From Tubiluchus corallicola (lineage: Eukaryota > Animalia > Priapulida): a stretch of DNA of 64,000 nucleotides. Shown here piece by piece: positions 43,740 to 55,106 of this stretch (position 1 is its first letter; every line of letters begins with the position of its first letter). The notes below the pieces were generated by a model. That model was not told the DNA's origin, did not search any database, and worked only from the letters and a program-made list of their open reading frames with translations. The translations under genes and the position numbers were made by a program. Location of the stretch: positions 111,027-175,026 of the forward strand of contig JAQGDQ010000473.1 of NCBI GenBank assembly GCA_030141605.1. Reading direction: 5' to 3'.

Positions 43740-45335
43740 ACTGTTGATGGCAGGTGTGGATAACATGCTTTGTCATATAATCTTTTTGGAACGGTGGATA
43801 ACCATTTGGAAGTCAGGCAATGCATAGCTGAATGCATTGAAGAACACAGAAATATGTTTGAGCCATGTTTAGATATTGATTTATTTTTAAGCAATTTGAA
43901 GAAAAACTTGGGCTGCTGCGATTTTGGCTCACATATGTATGCTGTAGGGAGCCGAGTAAGCTATTAGCCCAAGTAGACCAATTGGCGTACATGAGCTAGC
44001 CCAAGTAGGACGCGGCGTACATGGGCTAGCCCAAGTAGGACGCGGCGTACATGGGCTGCCCAAGTAAGACACTAGAGACAGGTCGCGAATTGATTCGTTA
44101 AGTGTACTGACACCGTCAGTTGTCCTTGTTTATGTAGTAATAGTAATTAAAAACGTTAGTACACGTTGAATAATTTATTATACATCTAATAAAATAAAAG
44201 AATTTTATTCTGAGCTGGTAGAACGCACAATATTAAATTTGGTTTCGATATTAATGTTGTTGAAGTGAAAAAAACCACTTTTTTGCGAATTCAACATTTG
44301 TTTAAGGTATATCATTTTTGATTTTGTCTCACTTCACAAACAGGTGATCCGTTTCACTACCTCTTGGGCAAATAATTGTTTTCTTATAAGTAAACGTTCT
44401 AGCGATCTATGTGTCCTACATGGGCTAGCGAGCCATGTAGGACAGTGCCCTACATGTTACAATACTACTGATAATATTAAAACTAATTATCCTTGCTTTT
44501 CCTAAATGTTAAAAATTACTTTTTGGTGTTGTAAAGGCTTGGCAGCATCTGTCTCATTTTTAAATTTGCAATTATTTCTGTAATAACTGTGTGCAGAGTT
44601 TCTCTCTTTAAAGCATTTGATACTAGGTTTAATGTTATGATATATTAATGGAGCTAATCACAATGATGAAATTATTGTAAGAAATGTATTTGTAAATTTG
44701 CCAAGGAATATTTTCCTGTAGTATTGTTTCATTTCACCTCTATTATAACCATACTGCTGAACAATGTTAGAGTGCTAAATGAGGTGCTTTGTTACCAAAC
44801 AAACTCTCGTTCAGTGAACGAGTTACAAAAGTCATCGCAAAACAATACCTGCGTACTGCATGCTGAGTTAAACACCTGGTCAAGCAAGTTTTCATGACGC
44901 CAAACTGACGACAACTCAACCAACAAGCACAATTTTTAATAAAATGAAGAAATTTCACAGAACTTTTAAATTTTTTTACAAAATTACCGATTCTCGACAA
45001 AAATAGCTAGTGTCCTACTTGGGCTGCCCATGAAGGACACTACTTTTAGCACCGGAAGTGGCTTTGGCTTTCACTGGAAGTGTCCTACTTGGGCTAGTGG
45101 GTTACTCGGCTCCCTAGACTTTGCACCCTATAAAGGTGCCCGCCTCTGATAGGTGGCGAGTCCGAGTATCGGAATCGCAATCCCTACAAATGCATTCAAA
45201 CAGCAGCCATTGCATTCCAGATAGATATCTATCTACTTTTTATTTATCAGAATAAGTCTAGGGCATGTCCAGAAGATCTTTGTCTTTGCTACTGTTGTTT
45301 AGTGTTGCAAAATAACCATTATGATGCACTCAAGG
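43740..45335 (+). pseudogene. Decayed OTU cysteine protease domain, probably Helitron-borne, split by a TIR element
   Basis: VDGRCG*HALSYNLFGTVDNHLEVRQCIAECI (Cys box, from about 43743); after the insert, IQTAAIAFQIDIYL (about 45194) and VLQNNHYDAL (His box, CAT at 45317). Confidence 0.65.
43947..45114. mobile_element. Non-autonomous TIR transposon flanked by TA
   Basis: Left end GGGAGCCGAGTAAGCTATTAGCCCAAGTAG; reverse complement of right end GGGAGCCGAGTAACCCACTAGCCCAAGTAG; TA on both sides; subterminal GCCCAAGTAGGAC repeats. Confidence 0.85.
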
Positions 45336-45499
45336 GTCTAGACATAGACATAGACCTAATTTAAATGTCGGTAAGTACTCATTTTTTTATTTACAAGAAT
45401 CATACATTAAAATTTAGTCAGTCAAATTCCAAATTTGACTGTCCTCTGAAGCTGATTGCGTAAGTCCTGTCTTAATGCCTAGCAACTTATCTTTAAATT

Positions 45500-46990
45500 G
45501 TTGAAACAATACAGGTAGAAAACAACAGGCTGCCAAGCAAAGAAAAGAAAAAGGCCAATTAGACGCCAACAAAAAAGCAAGAAAAGCAATGTCATTAAGA
45601 GTGATATGGATAATTATACAGAAAGAGTTAAAAGTCTTTGCAGCTGCAACAATGTTCAGAATGTCCAAAGTTATTATAACAGACGAGAAAAATGAAATGC
45701 AACAAGTGTGGCATTAAAAAAAAAACTTTAAGCCAAAGATCTGTGTACAAGAAAAGGGCGAGAAAAAGCTTGAAAAGCAAACTATTAATGAGACTGAGGA
45801 GGAAAAAGAAACTTCTTTATCTGAACACCGACAAAAGCAAAAAAGATTTGTAGAAAGGGAAACTGATGTAGGCAAAACAGCTAGGTAGCAAATGTTATCT
45901 CAAAATCAAAGGAAGAGCTAGAGAATGAAACAGAAAAAGCTGCGAGGTTAGCAGCCATATCAGGTAAGCGAGAAAGTAAGCAAAAGAAACTAACAAGTGA
46001 AAGGCAGTCAGAAAGAACTGTTGGTTTGTCAAAAAACGAGAAAGTGAGCAAAAAGGCAACAAAATGAGAATGAAATGGAAAAACTTGCACGATTACAGGT
46101 TTTAAGTGACAATCGGTGAAAAATGTTAAAAATGAAACAGAACAGCACGGCAATCACAGAGTTTCTAAACTGGTTGAGAACAAGGTTGAATAAGTTTGTA
46201 GCAGTACGTCACAATTGTAAAGATTACGCAGTAGATACACATTACTGTGGAGAAATTAATTTTACCTGTTCACATTGTGGTGCTTTGCACTTCAAGGAAG
46301 ACGGCAAGGAAATATGTTGTCAAAATGGTAAAGTAGCACTTCTGCCCCTAAATTCCCCACCTGAGTTTTTGCAAACGTGAGTATGCTGATTCAGAAAATT
46401 TTCTAAAAAAACATTTGAAAGTATAACAGTGCAATGTCTTTCGCATCATTTGGCACCACTGGAATGGTTGAAAATGTTTCCGGTTTGGGTCCATACTGTT
46501 TGCGAATAAATGGGCAGGTGTATCATTTAGTGGCATCGCTGAATCTGGATAATAGTGAACAGCGGTCTTACGGTCAGCTATACATTGTCGATTCAGATAC
46601 AGCGTGCAACGTTAGCATGAGGAATAAGCACAACGCTGACTTGCTTCCCAATTTCTTAACTCAACTGCATGACATGATTACTGAAATAAATTCTTTTGTG
46701 AAATTGTTTATGCAGGTGCAAACTGTGGTAGAGCAAGAACGACTCAAGACTGCAAGTGAAGGCAGACAAGTGACAATGTGTTATAAAAGAGGACCGGATA
46801 CAAGAATATACAACGCTCCGGCTGTTGGTGAAGTGGCGACGACATTTGTTCGTTTGGATGGCGCACCGCCATTTGTGCGAGACATAGTGGTGTACAAACG
46901 AGGCAGTGACTGTCAAAGCATCTTGAGTCGAAATTGTGATCCGATGTGCTATTGCTTGCTATTTCTGTATGGTGAACAATGATGGCATGA
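45500..46990 (+). mobile_element. Helitron Rep/Hel N-terminal region, frameshifted and truncated
   Basis: Charged coiled region, then CSHCGALHFKE...CCQNGKVAL, MSFASFG, GPYCLRINGQVYH, YGQLYIVD, YNAPAVGEVA, RDIVV, CDPMCYCLLFLYGEQ*WH: the motif series that precedes the Helitron Rep domain. Confidence 0.88.
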
Positions 46991-48395
46991 AAGAGTAGGA
47001 ACTGGATTACATGATAAAGTAGTCACTCAGAAACACCTCGACCACAGCTTACAAGATTGGTGCTGGTGGTGTGGTGGGAGGTGTGAGGTTTGGCATAGTG
47101 TGGTGTGGGTTTTCGATGTGGATTCGCTGTGTAAAATTCTTTTGAATGTTTTGTTTCGTATATATTAATTTCGGTGGTATGTATATACATGTATAACTGA
47201 CGAGGCTACAGCTCCGATAACGACGCCATTTTTGACGATTCGTCCATCAAACGAAAGGTCTCGGTGCATGTATGTGAAACTGGGAGGAACTGGATGTTAA
47301 AAACTCCAAAAACGGCACTTTTTCGCCTGTTAATAGGTTTTACAGTACAACTTTGTTTGGTTTGATATTAAAGTTTGGTTGCAAATTATCTATGTCTAAA
47401 GTAATTTTCTTTCTATCGCTTTCTATTTCTTTCTTTACCGTGCTGGTGCCATTTTTACTTACATTTCTAAACACATCTTATGAATGGAATATAAACTCAA
47501 CAAAAAATTTGGTAATAGAAAACGTCATCATTTATTCTGATAATTACAGATGGTAAATATAATTAGAAAAAAATTATTTCTTTAGTTTGTGTCACAACAA
47601 AACAAGCAAAAAGTTAATATAACATATAACAATTAAAACCAGCCAATTGACTTTGCACTTTCTGGTTTTTCACCTTATATTTTGAGTCGCATTATTAAGA
47701 ACATTTATAATCATTCTACAATATTCATTAATCAGATTCATTACTAACGTGTTGGATGTCAAGTCGAAGGTGCAGCCTGGATCTGTCACTGAGAGGTGCA
47801 ATCAAAGACAACACAAGCGATTTGATTTGAATGTAGCTTTGGACACCGCCACACTCATGTACTCGTCTGCACAAGCACTAATTGGTGCCACTGAGACCCA
47901 CATGTATGACACACAAGTCGAATTACTCCAACTTCTCAAGCTTTTTCACAATATTTTTCTTAGGCGTGGTATGTTGCATGCACTCATGATTCTCGATCAA
48001 TATCAGACGGTTGATGTCGATGTACTTTGCCAGCTAATCGTGAAGAAAATCTAACAGTCTTAAGATTGGCTCTCATCATGTGCTGTCTTGACTGCAGCGG
48101 GGTCCATTTGCATTTGCATCTGGGAGCTCATGTCGTTGCTCCCCGCATTTTTTGTTATGCTTCATGTTATTTTTAGAAAAAATTAAGGACATACTCTCTG
48201 CATCTACAACAGTAAAAAAATGTAGGTGATTGCTACTAGAAACTCGTTTAGCAAGATCAAATTTAGTTAATTTAAAGGAATTGTCTTTTGAAATGATAAT
48301 GTGGAACTGTTAAAAATTGTTGAATCATTCTCTTTTTTTACATGAAGAATATTGTAAAATACTTTACAGTTTTCGTGAATGGTTTTTACAACATT

Positions 48396-50815
48396 CAGTT
48401 TCAAAGCCATGTAGCAGTTAGTACTATTACAGTATTTGATGAAAATGGTCTGATTTAGATTTTGTAAATTCAGAAGTAGAACATTTTAGAGTATAATGTG
48501 TAATTAAAGCAAAAACACTTACTGATTATTGCCTCTATTTTGCTGCTGCTGAAACTGTCTTTCTAGAGGTCTGTGTGGTCGTCGTCTGATTTTGTTTCTG
48601 AAAGGTATGTGTTGTCTGTTGTTGTTGCTGCTGATGTGAAAGTTGCTGGTGGTGGTGGTAGTGTTATTCTAGCTGCTGTTGTTGTATGTTTGAAATTCTG
48701 TCTGTTTGTGTTTGCATACATGCCATAAATTGAATTTTTTGTTGCTGATGTCGATGTTCATGTTCATGTTGTTGCTGTTGTTGTGTCAGTTGTTGCTGTT
48801 GTTGTGCCAGTTGTTGCTGTTGTTGTGTCAGTTGTTGCGCTTGTTCTTCTTGCTGCTGTGGTTCTGCATGTTGTTGTGACCCCTGTTCCCGTTGTTCGTT
48901 TTCCTGTCTGTTTACATTGTCCAGTCTGTGTCTTGGGTGTTCTGCGGGTTTGTTGATGTTTAATTCATCGAATTTCTGTAACACAGACGTATTTTTGTGA
49001 AAAAAAACAAAGATTTTTCAAACAACATGAAAAATCATTTTTTATTTCACTTAGATTCATTTTAAACTCAACATGTTATTCATAAAACTTTAGACTTAAA
49101 TTTTGTATGTTTTAGATTATTATTTTAGATATTTTCTCTTTGATAATAAATGTAAATGCATAGTGTTTGCTAAAACGTTTGTATCACCTTCGCAAATTCT
49201 ATGTTCTTCCATCCTTACAGCCCAAACTGGCGCCATCAATACACAGAGGAAAATCAAAAATTATGACAAAAATACTTACAATTGTTCATAAAAGTTTCAA
49301 GAAAACAATTTAAGAGCTAAAAAATTTAATATAGTAAAAATATTTTATATTTATTATTAAGCAAAATACTTGAAAAAACATCACAGACAAGTGATCGGTA
49401 ATCAGGATAAAATTTACAATTGCAATAAAATTTACTTGCAACAAAGTAAAAACTGGCGTGAATAATACTAAACGCTCACATGGAGCCTAATGGAGAAACT
49501 TTGAAAAAATTACTTACTTTGGTTACTTACGATGAAGGTAAGCGTATTGAAATAAGATGTTTAGCGACATATTCAAAAAAAGCACTGACTCGTTTGAAGT
49601 TTAATTTCTTTCTAACATACAGTTTCAAAGCCATGTAGCAGTTAGTACTATTACAGTATTTGACGAAATTGGTTTGTTTTAGATTTTGTAAATTCAGAAG
49701 TAGAACATTTTAGAGTATAATGTGTAATTAAAACAAAAACACTTACTGATTATTGCCTCGATTTTGCTGCTGCTGAAACTGTCTTTCTAGAGGTCTGTGT
49801 GGTCGTTGTCTGATTTTTGTTCTGAAAGGTATGTGTTGTCTGTTGTTGTTGCTGCTGATGTGAAAGTTGCTGGTGGTGGTGGTAGTGTTATTCTAGCTGC
49901 TGTTGTTGTATGTTTGAAATTCTGTCTGTTTGTGTTTGCATACATGCCATAAATTGAATTTTTTGTTGCTGATGTCGATGTTCATGTTCATGTTGTTGCT
50001 GTTGTTGTGCCAGTTGTTGCTGTTGTTGTGTCAGTTGTTGCGCTTGTTCTTCTTGCTGCTGTGGTTCTGCATGTTGTTGTGACCCCTGTTCCCGTTGTTC
50101 GTTTTCCTGTCTGTTTACATTGTCCAGTCTGTGTCTTGGGTGTTCTGCGGGTTTGTTGATGTTTAATTCCTCGATTTTCTGTAACATGGACGTATTTTTG
50201 TGAAAAAAAACAAAGATTTTTCAAACAACATGAAAAATTACTTTTTATTTCATTTAGATTCATATTAAACTCAACATGTTATTCATAAAACTTTAGACTT
50301 AAATTTTGTATGTTTTAGATCATTATTTTAGATATTTTCTCTTTGATAATAAATGTAAATGCATAGTGTTTGCTAAAACGTTTGTATCACCTTCACAAAT
50401 TCTATGTTCTTCCATCCTTACAGCCCAAACTGGCGCCATCAATACACAGAGGAAAATCTAAAATTATGACAAAAATACTTACAATTGTTCATAAAAGTTT
50501 CAAGAAAACAATTTAAGAGCTAAAAAATTTAATATAGTAAAAATATTTTCTATTATATTATTAAGCAAAATACTTGAAAAAACATCACAGACAAGTGATC
50601 GGTAAATCAGGATAAAATTTACAGTTGCAATAAAATTTACTTGCAACAAAGTAAAAACTGGCGTGAATAATACTAAACGCTCACATGGAGCCTAATGGAG
50701 AAACTTTGAAAAAAATTACTTTGATTACTTACGATAAAGTGAAGCATATTGAAATAAGATGTTTAGTGACATATTCAAAAAAAGCACATTTGAAGACTCA
50801 TTTGAAGTCTAATTC
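48396..50815. repeat. 1.22-kb tandem duplication (48396-49619 and 49620-50815) containing Q-rich exon-like segments on the minus strand
   Basis: CAGTTTCAAAGCCATGTAGCAG at 48396 and 49620; near-identical Q-rich ORFs at 48664-48984 and 49888-50187. Confidence 0.92.
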
Positions 50816-52884
50816 CGAAATGATGATAGAAGTTCAAACTTCGCACTGTGCCTTGTTTCCTTTTGTAAAATAATGGGTTAAATGAAAAGCAAGTTAATAA
50901 TTATATATAGGTCACTAACAATCAATTCCTTTATATATGAAGAGTAATTTTGTTTTGATAAACATTGTTGGTGGTATAATATTTGGCAATGGCATCTATG
51001 TATTGATCGGAGGTATATATTTCGTATATATTCGGAGCAACTCTACTACATATTATCTACACTTTAGCTCTTTCACACTAAAACTTCTTATTAAAATCAA
51101 GCAGCCTAAATCAAGCTTTGAACAGCTTCAGTTACTTTAACTTAAACGCTTCTATGCCCTACTCGCAGGACTTCTAATACACTGGATGTTTTGTAACATC
51201 AATAAAATCAAATGCTAAAGGAAAAACCAACTCTTGAACAATATTCATTGTTTTAATCGTGAAACAACATGAAATGCCCATAAATCTCAAAGATTCTTTA
51301 CTTTTTTCTCTTCAGAAGCTTTCGCCTTCTCGGACTTCATCAGCTGCACAAAATAGATACAATCATAAAATTACTGATGAAACTACATTTGTCAGTAAAA
51401 TAAAAGGTACAAAAAAGGGACGAAACGTAGAGGAAGAGACCGTGTTGAAACTTACATATTCATTCAGTATGAATAAGAAAGGTTAGAATCTTCTCCCACA
51501 ACATGGCTTCAAAGAATATGATGGTAAAGATGTGGGGCGAAGATCATCACACAAAGGACATGCATTTGACTGCTTAGGGATAGGTTAACATTACAGTTAA
51601 GTCAGCATTACGGGAGGACTCCAGAATGAAGAGACTTACGGAACAAAAGGAGAGCAAGCTGAAAGAGCACAGGATTTCAAAATAAAGCCATGAACTTCAT
51701 CGGGCCCTGTAGCCTTAAAACTAAAAGATGTTATGTTAATAAGCTTGGCATATACATTTTAAATTTAATACTGAAATTAATGTCAATTGTCATTCAGAGA
51801 ATCAGTATTCCAGTCAGAAGAAGGAATAGGCAAGACATCATCAGGCTCATGAGTGAAAAAAAGAAGGAAAAAACATCATTTATTGCAAAAGCGACCTTTT
51901 TAGGACAAGTAACAACATCGTTGTTACAATCTTTAATACAGCTAATACGGTTAGAAGGCTTCGCTTCTATTTACTATACCTGAAGAATTCCGATAACACA
52001 ATGAAAGTATAACAAATAAAGAAGCCTCGCAAAAAATTCTACTATAACAGTTAACAAAATCGCAAAAATTGTCAATTGATTAAAATACTTACTTGGACTA
52101 AAAAACAACATTAACTGATCGTACTTGTAGTTTTGAGCACAATGTTTTCCAGAGGCACGTTATTTCCATAGCAACTCGCGCGAAGAGAAGCCAGAGATAT
52201 GTACAAAAACATTTGAATATTGACAGGCTGTACGTCAAAGTGAATGTCTGATTAATCAGAGATGAAAGAATGGAACTAAATAATTCTATGATTTATTACA
52301 GAATAGGTTAATAAAATAAATTTCTTATTTATGCATTTATTTGGAAAGCCAACAGGTGTTTAGTACTAGAGGCTGTGAATGTGAACTGATGGTCACGGCT
52401 TTTGATGGCAAAACTAATTTCTAGTGCACTCTTTCTGTTCTACTTTCCTTCCATCCTGAAAGAATGTATATCCATTCCAAATTAAGTCTGTTCTGTAGTT
52501 CCTTTTCAGAAACAACTGGCTTCATTCAGGGCAAAAAATGTTCAACTCTTCAAGTTTCATGTGATGACTATAATTATAATAGTACGTGTCTTCCGTAATC
52601 ATTTCAAAACATGCAATGGAGTTTTGCCCACATGAACGCATAGCTCATTGCGTGCAACTATCTAGCCATTTTCACAGCAAAATGCTTTATTACTTTTAGT
52701 GATTTCCAATGTTTAGTCGATAATTTGGTTAAATTCTTGTTCATGATAGGTATTAGACGGCAATTTCCTGAACAGGCCTGCCCACTCAGGCACTCACTGA
52801 ACAAGAAACCACTATCCTCAGGCGAACACAAAAAGGTAAAAAAGAAAAAAAATCACAAGTAATCACTAAAACAACTAAACTAAT

Positions 52885-53177
52885 TTATGAAAGCTTTTTT
52901 GTTGGTATGATTAACATAAAAGGGATATCCCACTGAAAATAATATGTGCACAACGAAAGAACGTTAAAGCACAGCAGACAAAAACACAAAGGAGAAATAC
53001 AAAAGTACAAGGACCATCAAGGCAGGATTCTTATGAAAGCTTTTTTGTTGGCATGATTAACATAAAAGGGATATCCCACTGAAAATAATATGTGCACAAC
53101 GAAAGAACGTTAAAGCACAGCAGACAAAAAACACAAAGGAGAAATACAAAAGTACGAGGACCATCAAGGCGGGATTC
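52885..53177. repeat. About 146-bp tandem duplication
   Basis: TTATGAAAGCTTTTTTGTTGG...GGACCATCAAGGC(A/G)GGATTC occurs twice back to back. Confidence 0.9.
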
Positions 53178-53184
53178 TGTCTGC

Positions 53185-53310
53185 ACAGTAGACAAAATTC
53201 AAAGAAGAATGACCAGGTTGATTCCAATGCTGAGTACCTTGACTTATTCAAAAGGATTTCAAGTAATGATCTAACCGCACTTAAGTATAGGTGCATGAGA
53301 CGGGACATAC
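53185..53310 (+). mobile_element. CR1-type LINE fragment
   Basis: VDKIQRRMTRLIPMLSTLTY followed after a frameshift by LTALKYRCMRRDI. Confidence 0.6.
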
Positions 53311-53589
53311 ATACAAACTCTGAATTGAGTAATCCCCATCTCTGAATTATGGGTACCTTCACTGTTCATTGTTTGCGTAATATTATTTGTTCCAGCATTG
53401 TATCTTTACATCACACACCCAAATTGAGGTATTTTTTATTTCAATATTTCGTTGATGATGTTCATAAATAATTAATGTACCTCAAGCCAAGGGTTTTGAG
53501 CATGAATGACTTATGAACATACGCTGCTTCTTCTTCTTCTGTTACTCTAAACGTCGATTATAGACATACAGCCTCTATCCTTTATTGGA

Positions 53590-53840
53590 GCACCCCACTG
53601 TTTCCTGTCTGCAGCTAACATTTTCAATTCCTGTGATGTTATTGTTAGGTTTGGTTCCAGCTGCTGTAAATCTTAATTAATTCTTGATATCCAGTTTATT
53701 TTTGGTTTGCGTGGAAATCGTTTAGTAGATTTCAGAGTCTCGTTTAATGCTAATCTTATTGATGTTGTTTCTGGCAATCTCATTATATGTCCTACCGATC
53801 TTGGTCTCCTGATTCTGATTTTTGTGCTCCAATGTTCTTC
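53590..53840 (-). mobile_element. RTE-like LINE 3' fragment
   Basis: WSTKIRIRRPRSVGHIMRLPETT...RKPKINW...LAADRKQW, followed on the minus strand by a short GAA-repeat tail near 53528-53540. Confidence 0.65.
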
Positions 53841-53989
53841 GCATACTCAAAGCTGTTAAATAAATCAAGCAGATGGCAGCACAGTTTCACGATGACGCAT
53901 TGACATGCGCAACCAAAGTAAAATGAGCAATTTCTTCTATTAGTACATTCTGAAACTTCAAGTTTTATTTTGGCTTTTCATTAATCAAA

Positions 53990-55075
53990 ATGCCGCTTTT
54001 TGGCAGTTCGTCGCCTTTTGACCAGGACGTTGGTATGCTAATTACTATATAACTATGTTTTTGTACTACTAATCTATTATTGTAAAGTCTAATAATAAAA
54101 TTGGTGTAACATGTCTTGCATGATTTAGCCTTTTTTCAACCCATTCTAATATTTTTTCCTAATAAACAAAGGGTCTTGATGTTAATTATAAACAGTCATA
54201 CCTGAACTAGTTCTTTAATTTGCAGCTAATGAAAGGGGTTTTAGTGTTATACCCGCTTGTATAAACCACTTACAATCCAGTTGTGAGTTTTTGTTGTACT
54301 GTTGCACAAATTTGTAAAATTAAAACAGCTTTTCGAACACTGAGTTTCAACCCTCATCCGATTATTTTACACGTGTAACTATTATTTTGACAAGATTTAT
54401 ATTGTCACATTCTTTAGAGCAAAATTTCTTAATTATAGTTGTTTTTATTATCGCTACTGCTCAGATGCAAAAGATATAAAAACGGTTACTACCAAAACAG
54501 TGTCAACTTATAATTAATATTTCATCAAAACTGAGATACATATTCATTTTAGTAATTATTATGAGTATGTATGACAAATGTTTAGTTTTCCTTGTATGTT
54601 GCAGTAAGTAAGATTTGCAAACATTTAGATAAAAAAATGCAACTGACTCAGAATGGAACACTATTTTTAATGTTTTTCAGAAAAATGTACAAGCGAGATG
54701 AACACAGTAGAAGACTGGTCACTTATCCTGGATATATGTGACAAAGTTACACAGTCTAGTAATGGGTGAGACTGCACATTTTTAATTACAGCATTTATAT
54801 TCTTGACTTTTTGCGTATTAAATGTGATGCATTGAACATGAGAATATTCTTCTGGTTGAAGTGAGTGTTAATGTGTGGAAGTTAAACAATTTTAACTTGT
54901 TCAGATTAAAAGTACCTTTTCAACGTACCTCTCTTATTAATTCTGGTTTATTTATAAAATTTGAACACAGCATTACATAGTATTTAACCCATTAGACACT
55001 AGACGGCCACCAACATTATTCTGATGACGGCCGGCCAACTGTTGGCGTTTATAATTGATCATTACAGGTCGAGTA

Positions 55076-55106
<31 letters not shown>

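Noticed and set aside
43944-45187. Solo LTR suggested by TGTAGGGA ... TCCCTACA ends with ATGC flanks
   Set aside because: The left 8-mer is already explained by the longer TIR pair at 43947/45114; too short to call separately.
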